DNA of 61,968 nucleotides, counting the filler, from Sphacelaria rigidula (lineage: Eukaryota): NCBI GenBank assembly GCA_964200075.2. It is 6 parts of 6 records of this genome, joined end to end, with 100 filler letters (N's around TTAATTAATTAA, not from the genome) between each part and the next. Parts side by side here need not be neighbours in the genome. Positions count along the whole stretch, not along the records: positions 41,383 to 51,626 come from CAXNAA020006867.1; positions 51,727 to 61,968 come from CAXNAA020006868.1; 4 more parts are not named here. The stretch is one strand, 5' to 3'. Both the position numbers and the translations under genes were made by a program. Positions 49,601 through 61,968 of the stretch are shown here, piece by piece (the stretch's first letter is position 1; every line of letters begins with the position of its first letter). The notes below the pieces were generated by a model. The model saw nothing but the letters and a program-made list of their open reading frames with translations, ran no database searches and was not told the DNA's origin.

Positions 49601-51560
49601 ACGGCAAACAATGTCTTTGGGAACACGTCATATGATAGACACTTGAGTCATCATGACGGCGTGGGTACGATCTGGTGCTGGGAGCTGCAGTTGTCCGAAG
49701 GTCGGGTCTCGGGCACTGTAATACGTGAGAGGGCGGCGTGCTTATGGGATCGCATCGGAATTTGAACACCCCTATGGTTAGGGTTACGGTTAGTACAGGG
49801 GTTGGGGTTGGATTCAGGGGCGTGGTCCCTGCAAGGACTGGCACGATTGGTTTTGAAGAAAGTCGAGACTGAGGTGTTTTGGACTACCATGCGGTCCTCT
49901 AAGCACGCGGTCCTCTCACGCATTACAAATACCACGCTCACGGTGAATGCATCGTACACAGGACGTCAAAAAAACATCTTCGTTTCTTCAGGTTTGTCAG
50001 CATTCCAGTATGCAGAAACCAGCCCACAGGGACAACTCGTTTGACACGCCTGGATCTAAGACGAGATATTCGACTGGGTGTCTTGTAATTCATCGCCATT
50101 CGTGTTAACTGCGCGGTTAAGGTTAGCAATGGTAACACGTAGCTGCTGCAGGGATGCTATGATATCAAATGGAGGGAAAACAGCTCAAGACCAAAAGCAC
50201 ATTTCCGAACAGTATTTTTGGAGGTGTCAATACCTCATTGATACGGTTACATGTACAGTATCACTTGCATGAATGTGCGACAGACCATCACAGTTGGGGC
50301 GTTTTCTCCACGAGACGTTACAGACGCTGTTCTAAACACTGTTCTGAACCACTTGTACCGTCAGTAGAAATGGCCATCGAGTTGGCATGCGTGGACGCCA
50401 GAACATCATTGGTGATCACTAGCTTTCTTCGCATGTCGGGGCCGTGTCCGCCGTCAATCTGCGCTACACCGGGCTGCACGAGTCGCAACAGCAGGCGATG
50501 ATAGTTGGTGACCCCGCGCATCTTCGGTGAACACCACGCCTCCTTATGGAAATCTCGACCATTTGACTAGTGAAACCTGACTCCATCAAGTTCGCTCTAA
50601 ATTTCTTGTGCGATCATATTCCGCCATCTTCCACTGCATGGGTTGCCATGCCTGGGGGGGGAACTGATAGTTCTTAGCTGCCAGGTATCGAAACAGGTGT
50701 TGACAAGGATGACCAGAGTGATATTATTTGACGGGTTGTTAATGCTCGGGCGATCAATCCCACGTACCCTCTCAGCCATCCTGCCCACGAGTGTGTTGAG
50801 CGCTCACCGACCCTGAGCGAGGCATGTGCACCGATCGTTCTATAATAGATAAACACATGTAAACGTTCATTTTAATCCTCCTTCATATCTCCGTCTCCTA
50901 CGCGGGCGTTTTTCGGCACCTGATGTCTGATGCCGCCGATTTTGGCTTTCGTTTGTTGAGAGCGTCTCCCGATCGGGCGAAAAAAGGCGGATTCCATGTT
51001 TCCCCGTTAGAAGGTACTGTTACGGGGGAATATTGGCATGAACAACTCGTTACGAATGTATCATTTTTTCGTTTTTCTTCTATTGCGTGACGTCCTTATC
51101 GATGAGGTCTTATGAAGCCATCGTTTGTCATATTCGAAATAAATCCGACGATTCAACAGTGGAACATTCGTTCAAAATTTTACTACGAGTCAGCCCGAGG
51201 GTACGTCCACAATCATGGACAGTAAGGCATAATCACGAAAATATGATTTTTTCGTTTTTCTTCTCCTGCGTGACACCCTTATTGATGTGGTTCCTTTACG
51301 CTATACCCGTAGAACGTTCACGTCGCCCGAAAAATAGAGATTTGGCGTCGAGCCTTCACCAACTATACGCGATCGTAATAGGTGGAGTTTGACACCTAGA
51401 AATGCCTTTTTATACTCGTTGATACGGTTCCAACACACCTGTATGTTTTCCTGATAGCCGCAGTCTTTTTCTAGTACAGACTTGCATTTTTCTCGGAGAC
51501 CTCTCCAGTCCACAAAAATCGCCGAGATTTGCGTGGACTCAACCGGTCTTCCAGAAAGAT
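46620..51560. pseudogene. Tract of decayed intronless ORFs on both strands, possibly a giant-virus (phaeovirus-like) remnant
   Basis: Frameshifted, protein-like ORF chains at 48033-46620 (-), 48076-48548 (+), 49650-48812 (-) and 51513-51301 (-); closely packed, no microsatellites, no TE motifs; no protein family recognised. Confidence 0.35.
49717..49927. mobile_element. TGT...ACA MITE with telomere-like core, copy 2
   Basis: Colinear with 7757-7985 end to end; internal GGTTAGGGTTACGGTTAG; no intact TSD (gcac / aata). Confidence 0.88.
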
Positions 51561-51626
51561 GAGCGATCTCAGAGGAGCCATCCTACGATAGGGGGGTGGG
51601 GGTATTTTGGGGCATTTGTTGCTCGA

Positions 51627-51726
51627 NNNNNNNNNNNNNNNNNNNNNNNNNNNNNNNNNNNNNNNNNNNNTTAATTAATTAANNNNNNNNNNNNNNNNNN
51701 NNNNNNNNNNNNNNNNNNNNNNNNNN
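51627..51726. other. Artificial contig linker
   Basis: Same 100-bp spacer. Confidence 0.97.
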
Positions 51727-51777
51727 CACTCTCAATCGTATCATCCACTCTCAATCTCACGAAAACACTGTTCTTAG

Positions 51778-51949
51778 TAGGATGCAGCTTACCCTACATG
51801 CCACTCGCTGAACACATCACGGCGCTTCGCGCTTGGTGATAGATTGCGAGCCTGGTCCCGGCGCAAACCCGGCGTGATCCGTGCCGACTTTGTAGAGATT
51901 CGAGGTCAATGATCACATGACTACGGCGTGCAAGATCATGAGTACACCC
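51778..51949 (+). repeat. Dispersed repeat B, copy 2
   Basis: Homologous to 10601-10769. Confidence 0.85.
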
Positions 51950-53789
51950 TCCCCCCCCCGGCCCCCCTCTCTCACGCTTCACGCCCGCATACTGACCAAC
52001 CCCCCGCGGAGCTCTAGTTTGCCCGCACTCTAGATTATTAACCCCCATGCCCAACGACAGCAGAACTGCCGGATCTCACACGGCAGTACCTGTGATCATA
52101 ACTACTGGGGGCGTTCCAGCACCAGTGCGAGCGAGGCTGCTCCATGTACCCGTACACATCGGCTGTAGCGTTCTGTTAATATAAATAAGACCGCGTCTCC
52201 GGCAAACACGTGCATCTGTACCCATCCGTCTACCGCTGAATGCCGTCGCAGCAGGGCACAAACAAGTCAGAACAAAAAGCGCTCCAGGTGCCCTCTCAAA
52301 CGCTCTCTGAAAAACAGGGCTCAAGTAAAACTTAAGATTGCCCCCATCTGGTAAGCAAGGGAGGCGGGGAAAGCAACGGGGGACCTCAAGGTGATCTACA
52401 AAGCACCAACAATTCGTCAGGGTTTCGATAGCGCCAAGTCTGGACTTGCTGCCGACTCAAAACAACGAGCCCAAGTCATCATGGTGGCGGAGGGGCTCAA
52501 TGGCAAACTCAACGGCATCGCTTGCTCGAAAATCGCGTATGTGCCCCTACATCTCGCACTAAAGTCGCTCGCAGCAAGGTACGAGCAAATCAGCCCAGCA
52601 AACGAGGCAAAATTCCTCTGAAACGACGAAAATGAAAAACTGACACATAAACACAGGACATACTACAGGTTTATGGTGCATGCAGATATCCGCTAGGAGC
52701 TGCAGGATACTACCACAGCTTACTCAGCACCGGAAGCGTTCCGCCAAAGGTCACGTGGTACAAAGTATCTCCCAGCTCATCCCAAGTCGAAACGGACGCA
52801 TCAAATCTCCAACAGCAACGCAAGTAATCAGATTTGCTGTCCTGGCGAAAACCAAAGTAGTCTGTACGAAACGAAGACGACCGTTGGAGCAAGTGTAGCG
52901 GAGCTCAGTCGTCTATAGGGCTGCTGCCAAGCCCACGTTTTTGGATCGCAGCAGCTACAACTACCCACTTGAGGCAAGACTCAGGCACCCACTATGGCCT
53001 AAACCAAATTCTGCAAAACATGCCAACATGGTGTTCAGTGTATTCTCTGGACCTCTTGCCACAGGGGTATCCGGTACTCGCTCAAGTCTGACCTTTCACG
53101 TGGAGTCGCCCACACGACAAAACAGCTACGGCAGAATAAAATTGAAGTAAGAACGACAAAAGGCGCCCAGCTGGTAGAGGGTCATGACAACCAACGCCTG
53201 TGTGGCTCAGGACAAAGATGGGGTATGCTAGCGTGTGCCGCAAGTGTTGCCCCCCCCCCACGGTATCGGTCTTGGCGCTGATCACATGTGGCACGTCGCG
53301 AGGTCTGTGTATCTCGTCTAGACGTGAACCGAGCATAAGCATTCGGGGGGAACGGGGAAAGGGAGGAGGGGTCAGGCAGGTACTAATAGCAAAGATGGTG
53401 TGCCCAAGCACAAAGAGCAGACTCTGTATATCCCCTAGTAAACCGTTGGGCACCTCCATGGCTGTGAATTGGAAAAAAACAGGCGCGTCGTGTGCTAACC
53501 CAAAATGTGCTGCTGGATCTCACCCTGTCTGCCTTATCACCAATAAACTTCAAAATATATACAAGAACATAACGAGCGGCCTCAGAAACAAGCAACACAT
53601 CCCCCGACAGCGAGAGACGTCTCCCATTGGAACACGTTCCCTTTAGATGCACTCACGTCGTTCCCCCGTTGAATTGAAGACTAAATTTAAGCGTTACAAC
53701 GCGGCCGAACGATTTTTAGGACGCCACAAATGAAACATCACAGGCCTTCAACATACGTAGCGACATGCAGCGCCGCAGAAACTCACCCA

Positions 53790-55200
53790 CCTCCCACCGG
53801 TCTCGAACCTTGCCGTAATCCGCTTCCAATTTCAAAAGGGGTTCGTTGCGGTTTTCAAGTTGGTTTCTGCCTTAGGTTCGCATTGTCGCTCTGAGGCGAC
53901 CGTATGTCCGCCTCCGCACCGGACAATGCCCTCTCCTTGCCGTCGAGGAGGTGGTTGCTAGCCACCAACTGTCCCACCATCTCCGTCGTGTCTCCCTTGG
54001 CAGCGGACAATTTGCTCTCGAGGGCGTCCTGGTAGTATCAGGCCCTTTGCAACGTCATCCGCTCCTCGTCCAAAGCAGTCCCTACTCCGGCGAGCATCGC
54101 CCATGCGGTTTGCAGAGCTGACTCTGCCTCAGACCGCTCACCGGCGCATTCGTCTAACATTGCCATCAACGCATCAGGCGTATTCTGCACAAGGAGCTGG
54201 CGAAGCAGACACTACAAGCATATGGTCGACTTGTGAGATAACTACGAGCTGTTTGACTCTTACTTTCATTGCAAGAAGATGTTGAAGGCTATTCATCACC
54301 CTGTTGTGTTCATGCTCAGCACTGCGGTAATAGGTTTCTTCCTCTCCTGATGCTGTACCCGTATTATCATTCCTAGATACATGTACTTGCTCGCCCTACT
54401 CCAACAGCCTCCGGGTGAGATACTCCTGATGTGTGATTGGAGACGCTAGTGCGGGGACCCCTCGTGGTAGTGTCTGAACAACTGATGCCAACTGAACAAG
54501 CTGAGCACGATCACCTACACGCCCGAGGTTCAATCGCGTCTGCAAGTCCGAGGGCTTTGTCACGAAATGAAGCATATTCGAAGCCTGATTACTAGGGCTT
54601 CACGGCCATCTTCGTGGAAAATATGAAGGAAACAAAACGAAACCTCAGGGGAATGCGTACGCCTGAGAGGTTTCCGGTCACTCAACTGCGAGAAAATACG
54701 TGTCGTGTGTACGTGGAGGCGTACCCTCCCGAGGACTCCAATGTCCTGGTTTTCAGCGTTCCTTGGGCGGATGGTTCGCTGCTACAGAAGTGCGATAAAG
54801 CCGTTTTGCAACTCGATTTCACACACGGTTTAGAGGACATTGATTCCTACAGAGTCAACAGGGGGCGGGTAGACACCGATTGGAATGCCCCAGGAACCCC
54901 TATCGAACCGCAACGTCGCGTACAATTTCGCGTCATGCCGCTTATCATCCCATCTCGTCAATAATCGCAGCCTATTAGTGGCCAAGCATTTCCTGACATC
55001 ATTCAGCCCGTCTACATCAGCCGACACCACGTGTATTTTTTCCATGGCCAGCCAAGTTGAGTCATAGCATTGTGCTAGCTCGGCCTTGGGCTCCTCCAGC
55101 GTCTTCTCCGCGGCCGCCTGGAGCTTTTTGAGCCAAACAAAGAAAGCAGTGCAATCGCGAGTCACGGCGACGTCGAACAACATTGTGTAGGTTGTTGGCA
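53790..55200 (-). pseudogene. Decayed coiled-coil coding remnants
   Basis: KLQAAAEKTLEEPKAELAQ (ORF 54830-55201) and, by manual translation of 54185-53790, ALDEERMTLQRA*YYQDALESKLSAAK...NANLRQK with internal stops. Confidence 0.3.
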
Positions 55201-55875
55201 TGCGAAACGAAACAAAACAGGGCGGCGCGACTGCAAACCCACTGGCGAGTGTTCCTCGCTTTGGGTTTTCTTCTTGAGATTTTCAGTAGGCCGCCGTTTG
55301 TGACGTTTCTGGTGTTGCTGTAAACGCAAGTGCCGTGATCTGTGCCGTTACTTCGTGCACGTTCTGGAAGTGATACCACACACAACGAGCAATGATCGGG
55401 CGTGGAGGGCGGGTGCGGTCGAGAGTAAGCGTATTAATTCTCCACGCATACAACTCACTCGCGCAGTCTCTCGCAGGTCAAATGCGATGAGCGGATGTAC
55501 ACACTCTATTGCGATCCCACCGAGGACGACACAGAGAGCCCGCCGGAACGGAAGAGTAGGCAGGCACGGGCAAACAAAGGCAGGGCTAGTGTCTTAGTTT
55601 GTGTGCACGTCATCACACTTGCATGGGGTACGACGAAATAGGCCAGCACACTCTCAATAAACACGACTACTCCTTGCAATACCAGCAGCGACTACTGGAC
55701 ACTAGTTAGCGCGCGATCTGCTATAAGTTCTTCTATACATATCTGCAATCCTGACATCGCTAACGTTGTCCTATCCTCGCAGGTTACGCGTGATGAAGAA
55801 CGTAGTGTAATTGCTGTCTCATCGCCGCTAGTCCACTGGAAATCACGGAGTGATCTCCCTGCGCTTTGGGGGTGC

Positions 55876-56095
55876 TGTGACGAAAATACGCCGTTACGTC
55901 GAGTTGGTGGTGATGATCTGGATAATGACCGGGCACACGGGGATGATACCCTAGCGTGTCTAGGAGGCTGTGCCTACGAGGGCACTCCTGATAATGAGAA
56001 TGTTGTAAAGGCTGACAACTGAAACTGAGGCCAGTAAGACTGGAGAGTCCCTCAACAGCAGTGACCCACCAGTTCTTCTTCTGGCTGGCGTCACA
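55876..56095 (+). repeat. LTR (gypsy type) preceded by a PPT, internal region lost
   Basis: GCTTTGGGGGTGC + TGTGACG ... CGTCACA (perfect 7-bp terminal inverted repeat); same PPT as 8785-8797 and shared motifs GAGGCCAGT and GAGTCCCTC. Confidence 0.75.
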
Positions 56096-59000
56096 GCCCT
56101 GTACAAAAACATTCCAGCGCGCGACGGGCGGGCGTGGGAGGGTGGGCAAGAGAAAACATGTCGATGGCGTTCGTGAATTAGAGGCATTATGCCATGGTAC
56201 GGTGCGGTACGGGACAGCTGAGATTGCGCAGTAAATGACTTGTTGCTAAAATTACTGCATGATAGAGGCAAACCATGATTCACGCAAGATCTGACGACAT
56301 CAGAATTACCCGTGAGACTGCAAGAATCCAACTATCCCATTGTGCAGCGTGAATGGCTCGTTCATTCGACAAGTATTATGCAAACAAATAACGCCATTCA
56401 CGGCGCGTGCCTCATCAAAGTCTTAGTACAGCGAGAAAATGCGGCAAAATTGTTTTCGGTATTGTCGTTCAAACCCGATCTGGGTCCAGCGAGACCCCGC
56501 CTAGCATGACACGTTACCAGTCAAAGGGCGAACAGCACCCCTCATTCTCAAAGTAGTTAACGCGTTGATCACGTGATTCACTGCGCCCGACGCGACGCTC
56601 GATAGTCCGGGCTAAAACTCTGAGTGGGACGACTTACGATATGCTTGGCTCTGTGTCAACCAGCTACAGGCTGAAAGAGAATTATCTGCGTTTGACATAT
56701 CTAGCAGCTCAAAAACTGACTGTTTTGAAAATAAAGCGACACTAAACTTCACGTAAATAACTGCTTCTGCTCGCCCACAATCGCACCATCTCAATTGAAA
56801 CAATGCACCTCGCACTGACAAGGAATTGCGGCTACCCAGCTGAGGTGTTACGAACGTAGCGTGAGGGGCTGTAGCCTTCCAATGCACCCATTGGAAACGA
56901 GCCCATGTTTCCAGCAGCCACGTTCCACAAAGATGGTACAGCAACATTTGTTTTCTTATGGGTGCCCTTGCTTTCTCGCTCTATTTTCTGCGTCGAATCT
57001 TTGCGGTAGGAAGTGAAATAATATGTCTGAGCTAAAAAGGCCTGAACCCTACGATAGGAACGGCGTGCACTTATCAAAGCGGGTTTCCGTTCGTCACCAC
57101 ATCATTCCGCTACCCGAAAGTCTTGTTAACAATATTGTATAGCAGGCAAGGGGTCCACGGTCAGGGGCCAACTAGGGAGCAGACGTTTTTCAAACACAAT
57201 TACCTCGGCAACATCGGATCACGGTGCAACTGAAAGGCAGAAGAGAGGGCACCCAGCCGGACCTCGATGGTCAAACTAGGACATCAACACTATTGTACAG
57301 CAGATTCGGGTAAAATTTATGGGTCTCGATACCGACACCCGGCAGCAGAGTCTATTGTCTGAACTCTGGCGTCCGAGAAGCTGATGAGGAGAGTCTTCGT
57401 TAACACTGGAACTCGGTGAAAGTCGACGAGCTGCGGGAGTGCCGATGGTCATGATGATAATAGTGATGAAATGTGACAGTCATTATCCATGAGCCAATGC
57501 TCCAAAATGAAAGTCATGATTCAATGCTCCATGATGAAAGTGCGGGGCGACTATGAGCCGGGCCAGCCCAGAAACGGAGATGTCGGTCGTAGGTAATTTC
57601 GCAGCTCCGTTTCGAGAGTTGTGCCGTGAAGTATATTATCGAGAATCAGAGGGCCACTATGAAACAACATATTTCAAGACGTTGAGATTTTTTATTGATG
57701 AGTCAAGGACAAGAGACAGTAATCGTTTTTCACAAGAACATCCTTAACTCTTTTTAAAGAAGGTCGGCGCAGGGGCACCCACCTTCGGATCACAGGTTCG
57801 CGGAACCCTCAGGTGGGTCGCTGGGGTTGAGACACGGTTATCGTTGGACAAGTGAGAGATGATCGGACGGAACGCGAACGTCCGCACCGTAAAACTCATA
57901 AAGCCCATACACCAAGCTTGCAGTACAGCAAAATCTCCGTACAGCCGTCACGACATTTCAGCTCACAGAGGACGAGCTTGAGGGCCTGTAGGACACTCTT
58001 CTTGCCACCGTCGACTGAGTAATTCGAGTGCGCTCCCTACTCAGTTGTAATATCCGACTCGGCGGGTGAACCTGTCAGCCAGCAACGAATACATCACCTA
58101 CTCCGATCCTTGACGGTCTCTGCAGAAGGCGTGGGCGCAAGCGAAGTTCTCCCGTGTAAGAGGAATGCCCCATCACGTAACTGGTCACATCCTTCAGCGC
58201 TAAGAGCTACGAAAACAACACCATTCCGGTTGCTGCAGCTGGCCAGGGCGGTACCGCTCTTCGGTCAAGACTCCCGCGATGGCGAACGGAATCGGAAAGG
58301 TGCTGTACCACTGTCGCTACGTGCCAAGGGTGGTCATGCGAGGTGAAGAGGTATATTCACACGTTTCTGCGACAATTTGTCAAAGGAATCAAGCTCGCCT
58401 ATCAATGCGCTCATGCTGTTTAGGTTGTGCGATCAGGCACTGTATGTTTGGCTCTATACACGACCTGAACACGGTAGCGCAGGCCCACCTTGCCCGTAGG
58501 CGATGACACAGCGAAGGTCTCTGCTAAGGAGTACGCGGTGCCACAGGACGAGAGGGACTGCATGTTCGTGGCCTTCGAAGCGTCTTTGAAGCGGAAGTCT
58601 GGAAGAGGGAGGGGCAGACCGCGCTAAGAGACACACGACAAGAGAGCGGTAAAATGGATGGGAAACCCATGGAACGTGCGACGGCAACCTGAGACGGAGC
58701 TGGGCAGGTAGAAAGGCCCAATACGCAAAGCACTGAGGATCGTAGCGGAGACAGCGATGTCTGGGGGAGTGAAGATCACACAGACAAATGCAGTAGTCGA
58801 AAAGAGGAGGGCAAAGAGGGTGAGGAGAATGACGAGCGAAAATAGCGAGAGGGGAGCTAGTAGACGTGAGATGAACAGAGAACGTAATAGGTTTTACCTT
58901 GGATGGAAACGCAGGAGGGTCTATCGGCGGAGGAAGCGTTTCGCGCCTCCTATAAGCCAGTGCGGACGTGCGAGGCAGCCCAAGAGGTAGTTCGCTTGGG

Positions 59001-59289
59001 ATTCGTGAAGGATTCTTGTACAAGGAGTGGTGCGGGTGGTGCATTTGAGGCAGGGGGTCTCTCGTGGGGTACTCCATATGAACGAACCGTGTTCAAATAG
59101 TGCACAGTATAGCTTGCCATCTAGTCTTTCTTACTGAGCATCCATAGACGACCAAACGCCCCGGCGCAACAATTACACCAGGGCTCGCATGATCCACCCC
59201 ATATGGTCGACTGGGGATTTGGTATTCGACGGTGACCTTGGGCCAGGCAAGATTATTCTGGCTCGCAGTTACCCGGAGCAACGTTCTCC

Positions 59290-59489
59290 GGGCGTCTAAT
59301 GCGAACGAGGACGCCGCACGTGAGCGACAACAATCAAAAGCCGAATCGCAGCACGTGTCACGCACTTATAGGGCGTCTGCATTTATGGAGCGTCTGCATT
59401 CATGGGGCGACGGGCGTCTAATACGATCGAGCACGCCGCACGTGAGCGACAGCAATCAAAAGCCGAATCGCAGCACGTATCACGCACTT
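59290..59489 (+). repeat. 78-bp direct duplication with an internal GCGTCTGCATT doublet
   Basis: Copies at about 59290-59367 and 59412-59489 differ at about 5 positions. Confidence 0.9.
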
Positions 59490-60820
59490 GCTTAGTGTAC
59501 TGCAGCTTGTGTTGACCTGACAACACGGCACCTGCACGCTTTGTAAAGATCGACGAACGTGTGGGACGCATTGCATAGCTATTCCACATTCTACGCCCCT
59601 CCAATCATGGGACCACTGATCGCAATGCCCTAGGTGGATCCATCCTTCAGGCCATGTATCACCCGTCCCTCTTACTGCTTTGCTGAGGAGAGGTTATGTT
59701 GCGCAACGTCCGTACAGTATCCGTGATCGAGGCAACATGTACACTGCAAGATTCAGATGAGGCACAGACAGGGACGGTCACTAGTGGTGGTGGGATGCAA
59801 ACCATCTCTGTCCCAGTAATCAAATTACGCATACAAAAGATTGGACGGCATCGCCAACACGATGAAACAGTATAGAGCGTGCACCTCCTTACCTGTGAAT
59901 GCTCGAATATCCGCCCTGCTGTGCGTTTACACCAGGACAGCTGAGCTTTGCAGCCCGCAACCCTGGTGCAAACCGTCTCCTTCGCTTCCCTTCCCGCCTG
60001 AACGGACGGACGGTTGTACAGCAACTTGATTGGCTCGGAAGTGGCGCACAACGACAACAACCCCCAGCCCCAGTTGGATCCTATGTTTTGGACGTACGCG
60101 TCCAGTACAGCACACCGTCACGATCGCGATCAGCTCTCGTTTCCTACACTGAAGGTCTTGAACTAGCCTCTCCTGCTTTCTATCTGCAAACGAAAACGAG
60201 TAGCTTCTCAATTCTCCGTCAGCTGGTGCTCGTTTTTTGTACCTTTCAATACTGGTAATTAAATCACAGGGTATTCATTTGCCTTTATCGATACACAAAA
60301 AGGTATCCCACAACTTCTGACTTTCACCCCCACGGTAGTAAAATCAACTACCACCCGTATGGTATAGATCTGCCAGCAGCCAAGACACTTACCATACAGA
60401 GTAAACGGCATATATGATCGCATATGCAACATTGATCGGGGAGTACATGAACCCGGGTGCGATACAAGAATCCTGACGCCCCCCCGAGACGCCCCCGCCA
60501 AGAAAGTATAATTGGATAAAGACGATTGTAGAGGAAATTAATCATTCACACAAACATACCTTCCTTTCGGAATAGATATTCTCGCTGTCTACTGTGTCTC
60601 CAGCTACAAGGGTGCAACACTACAACAGTAGCACAGGGGTACAGCCGTTCTGTGTACAAGCATACGATTCTGAGCTACCTGGCGCACATTCGCCTGAAAC
60701 ATCACCAGCAACTTCTCCTCGAGGACCAGCGCTCGTCTCCAAGTCAAGGGTGATCGAAACAGACCCTCGTTGTTCTTCAATCGTCGAGTCTCAGCTGCGT
60801 GTGTTTGTGTGTCAAATACC

Positions 60821-60934
60821 ATGGAGCAGCCAAGCATAAAGGCGATTGATAAGGTGTCTGTGGCGAGAATATGCTCAGGGCAGGTCATCACGGACTTGGC
60901 TACAGCAGTCAAAGAGCTTGTGGAAAACTCCTTG
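60821..60934 (+). CDS. PMS2: First coding exon of a MutL-family mismatch repair protein (PMS2 / yeast-plant PMS1 type)
   Basis: [38 protein letters not shown], with the IKxIDxxSVxxICSGQV...[15 protein letters not shown] ATPase signature; ACCATGG start and TTG|gtgagt donor. Confidence 0.92.
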
Positions 60935-61968
60935 GTGAGTAGTCTTTGTTGTCCCTCTTTGCTCAGGCACGATATGCAGTTTTCGAAGGTGTTGCACACG
61001 AGTACTGGGTATTCTTTTTTTTCAAATTTGAAATGTAGGAACAGGCGGGCACATGAGAGAGATGGAGTACGCCTGTATCTGGTACTGGCGGGGAGTTCGT
61101 TAGCTTCAGGAGGTACGTTGATACCTCATTCGACCAGAAACATGTAGATCAAAGTGGTCAATACTAGCTAGTGCGAGTGGATGCCATGTCTGCCCGTACA
61201 CGTGAGTGTAGTAACCTGCTTTCAACGTACCTCGAAGTAGATGCAAGTGGAACATACTAGAATATCGCCGGAGTATACTGACAGTATCTGAAATCAGTGT
61301 TACGCCGGGGGTTAGTGTCACGTTTCCCACCACCACCCCCAAGATGAAGACGCGACGGAGTCTAACAAGTGTGAAGAAGGTTATATAGCAACGAAATCGA
61401 TACACTGCTGTAGTATGTATCTGAAGCTACCTTCTCATCCCAGTCCGGCTCGATTCCACCCGGTACAGCTCACAAGCCCGCGGTGGATATCCCTTAAAAA
61501 AGTACTGCTTTTTTGTACAAGCGAGAAAGTCGTTTTCCAACGTATCCGTCCTTCACGCGACAAAAGATTACTCACCACTGACGGACGTCACGAAGCCGAA
61601 AATCTACAGGCAGGTACTACTAGACACTAACCGTCGTTCAAGCCCTGGCAGACTTCAATTGAGTGTCGAAACAATGCAATATCTGGAGTAGATGATCTTC
61701 ACTTCACCCCAACTTCCCAATTTGTGACAAGCGTGTTGGCCGCCAGGAAGTGGAGGACTGGTAGGTACGCGTTTTTTCTACTCAGAGCAATTCGATTTGT
61801 GTCGATAGCTGCCGTGTGCGTCGAGATATTGCCATCTCGGTGGCGGGTGTTATAACATGTGAGGTGCGGCGTGAAAACCCATCGGGTCACATATGATATC
61901 CACATAACAGCCGATTTTATATTTTGGGGTTCATACAAAATATGGGGCTGAAGTGGCATATCTGTCTT

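Noticed and set aside
54614..54964. MULE transposase-like LQLDFTHG motif
   Set aside because: Single short motif with no supporting downstream residues, overlapping an opposite-strand coiled-coil remnant
59659..60211. Divergent gene upstream of PMS2
   Set aside because: Splice-like sites exist but I could not build a consistent open frame or recognise a protein
12616..60934. Apparent DNA-repair gene cluster (RAD50-like, DNA-PKcs-like, PMS2)
   Set aside because: The three genes lie on different contigs joined by artificial linkers in size order; there is no evidence of linkage

Overview
Eukaryotic, intron-rich and repeat-rich DNA, most likely from a brown alga (Phaeophyceae). That assignment is an inference from exon/intron style and element types. 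The window is not one locus. It is six separate contigs (1-10246, 10347-20592, 20693-30937, 31038-41282, 41383-51626, 51727-61968; lengths 10246, 10246, 10245, 10245, 10244, 10242) joined in descending size order by an artificial 100-bp N44-TTAATTAATTAA-N44 linker. Contig 1 is a cluster of three decayed Ty3/gypsy retrotransposons (one with a chromodomain integrase) plus two MITEs. Contig 2 carries phase-compatible coiled-coil exons resembling RAD50, with two consecutive GC-AG introns. Contig 3 carries six exons of a DNA-PKcs (PRKDC)-like gene. Contig 4 is mostly non-autonomous repeats (a tRNA-derived SINE split by a hAT-type MITE) plus one orphan exon. Contig 5 holds a decayed Ty1/copia element and about 5 kb of decayed intronless ORFs, possibly an endogenous giant-virus remnant. 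Contig 6 has an LTR, decayed ORFs and the first coding exon of a MutL-family PMS2/PMS1 gene. I see no convincing novel multi-gene system. The best leads are a TGT...ACA MITE family carrying telomere-like (TTAGGG) repeats, the tandem GC donors, the possible viral remnant and several unclassified dispersed repeats. Most ORFs in the six-frame track are spurious.
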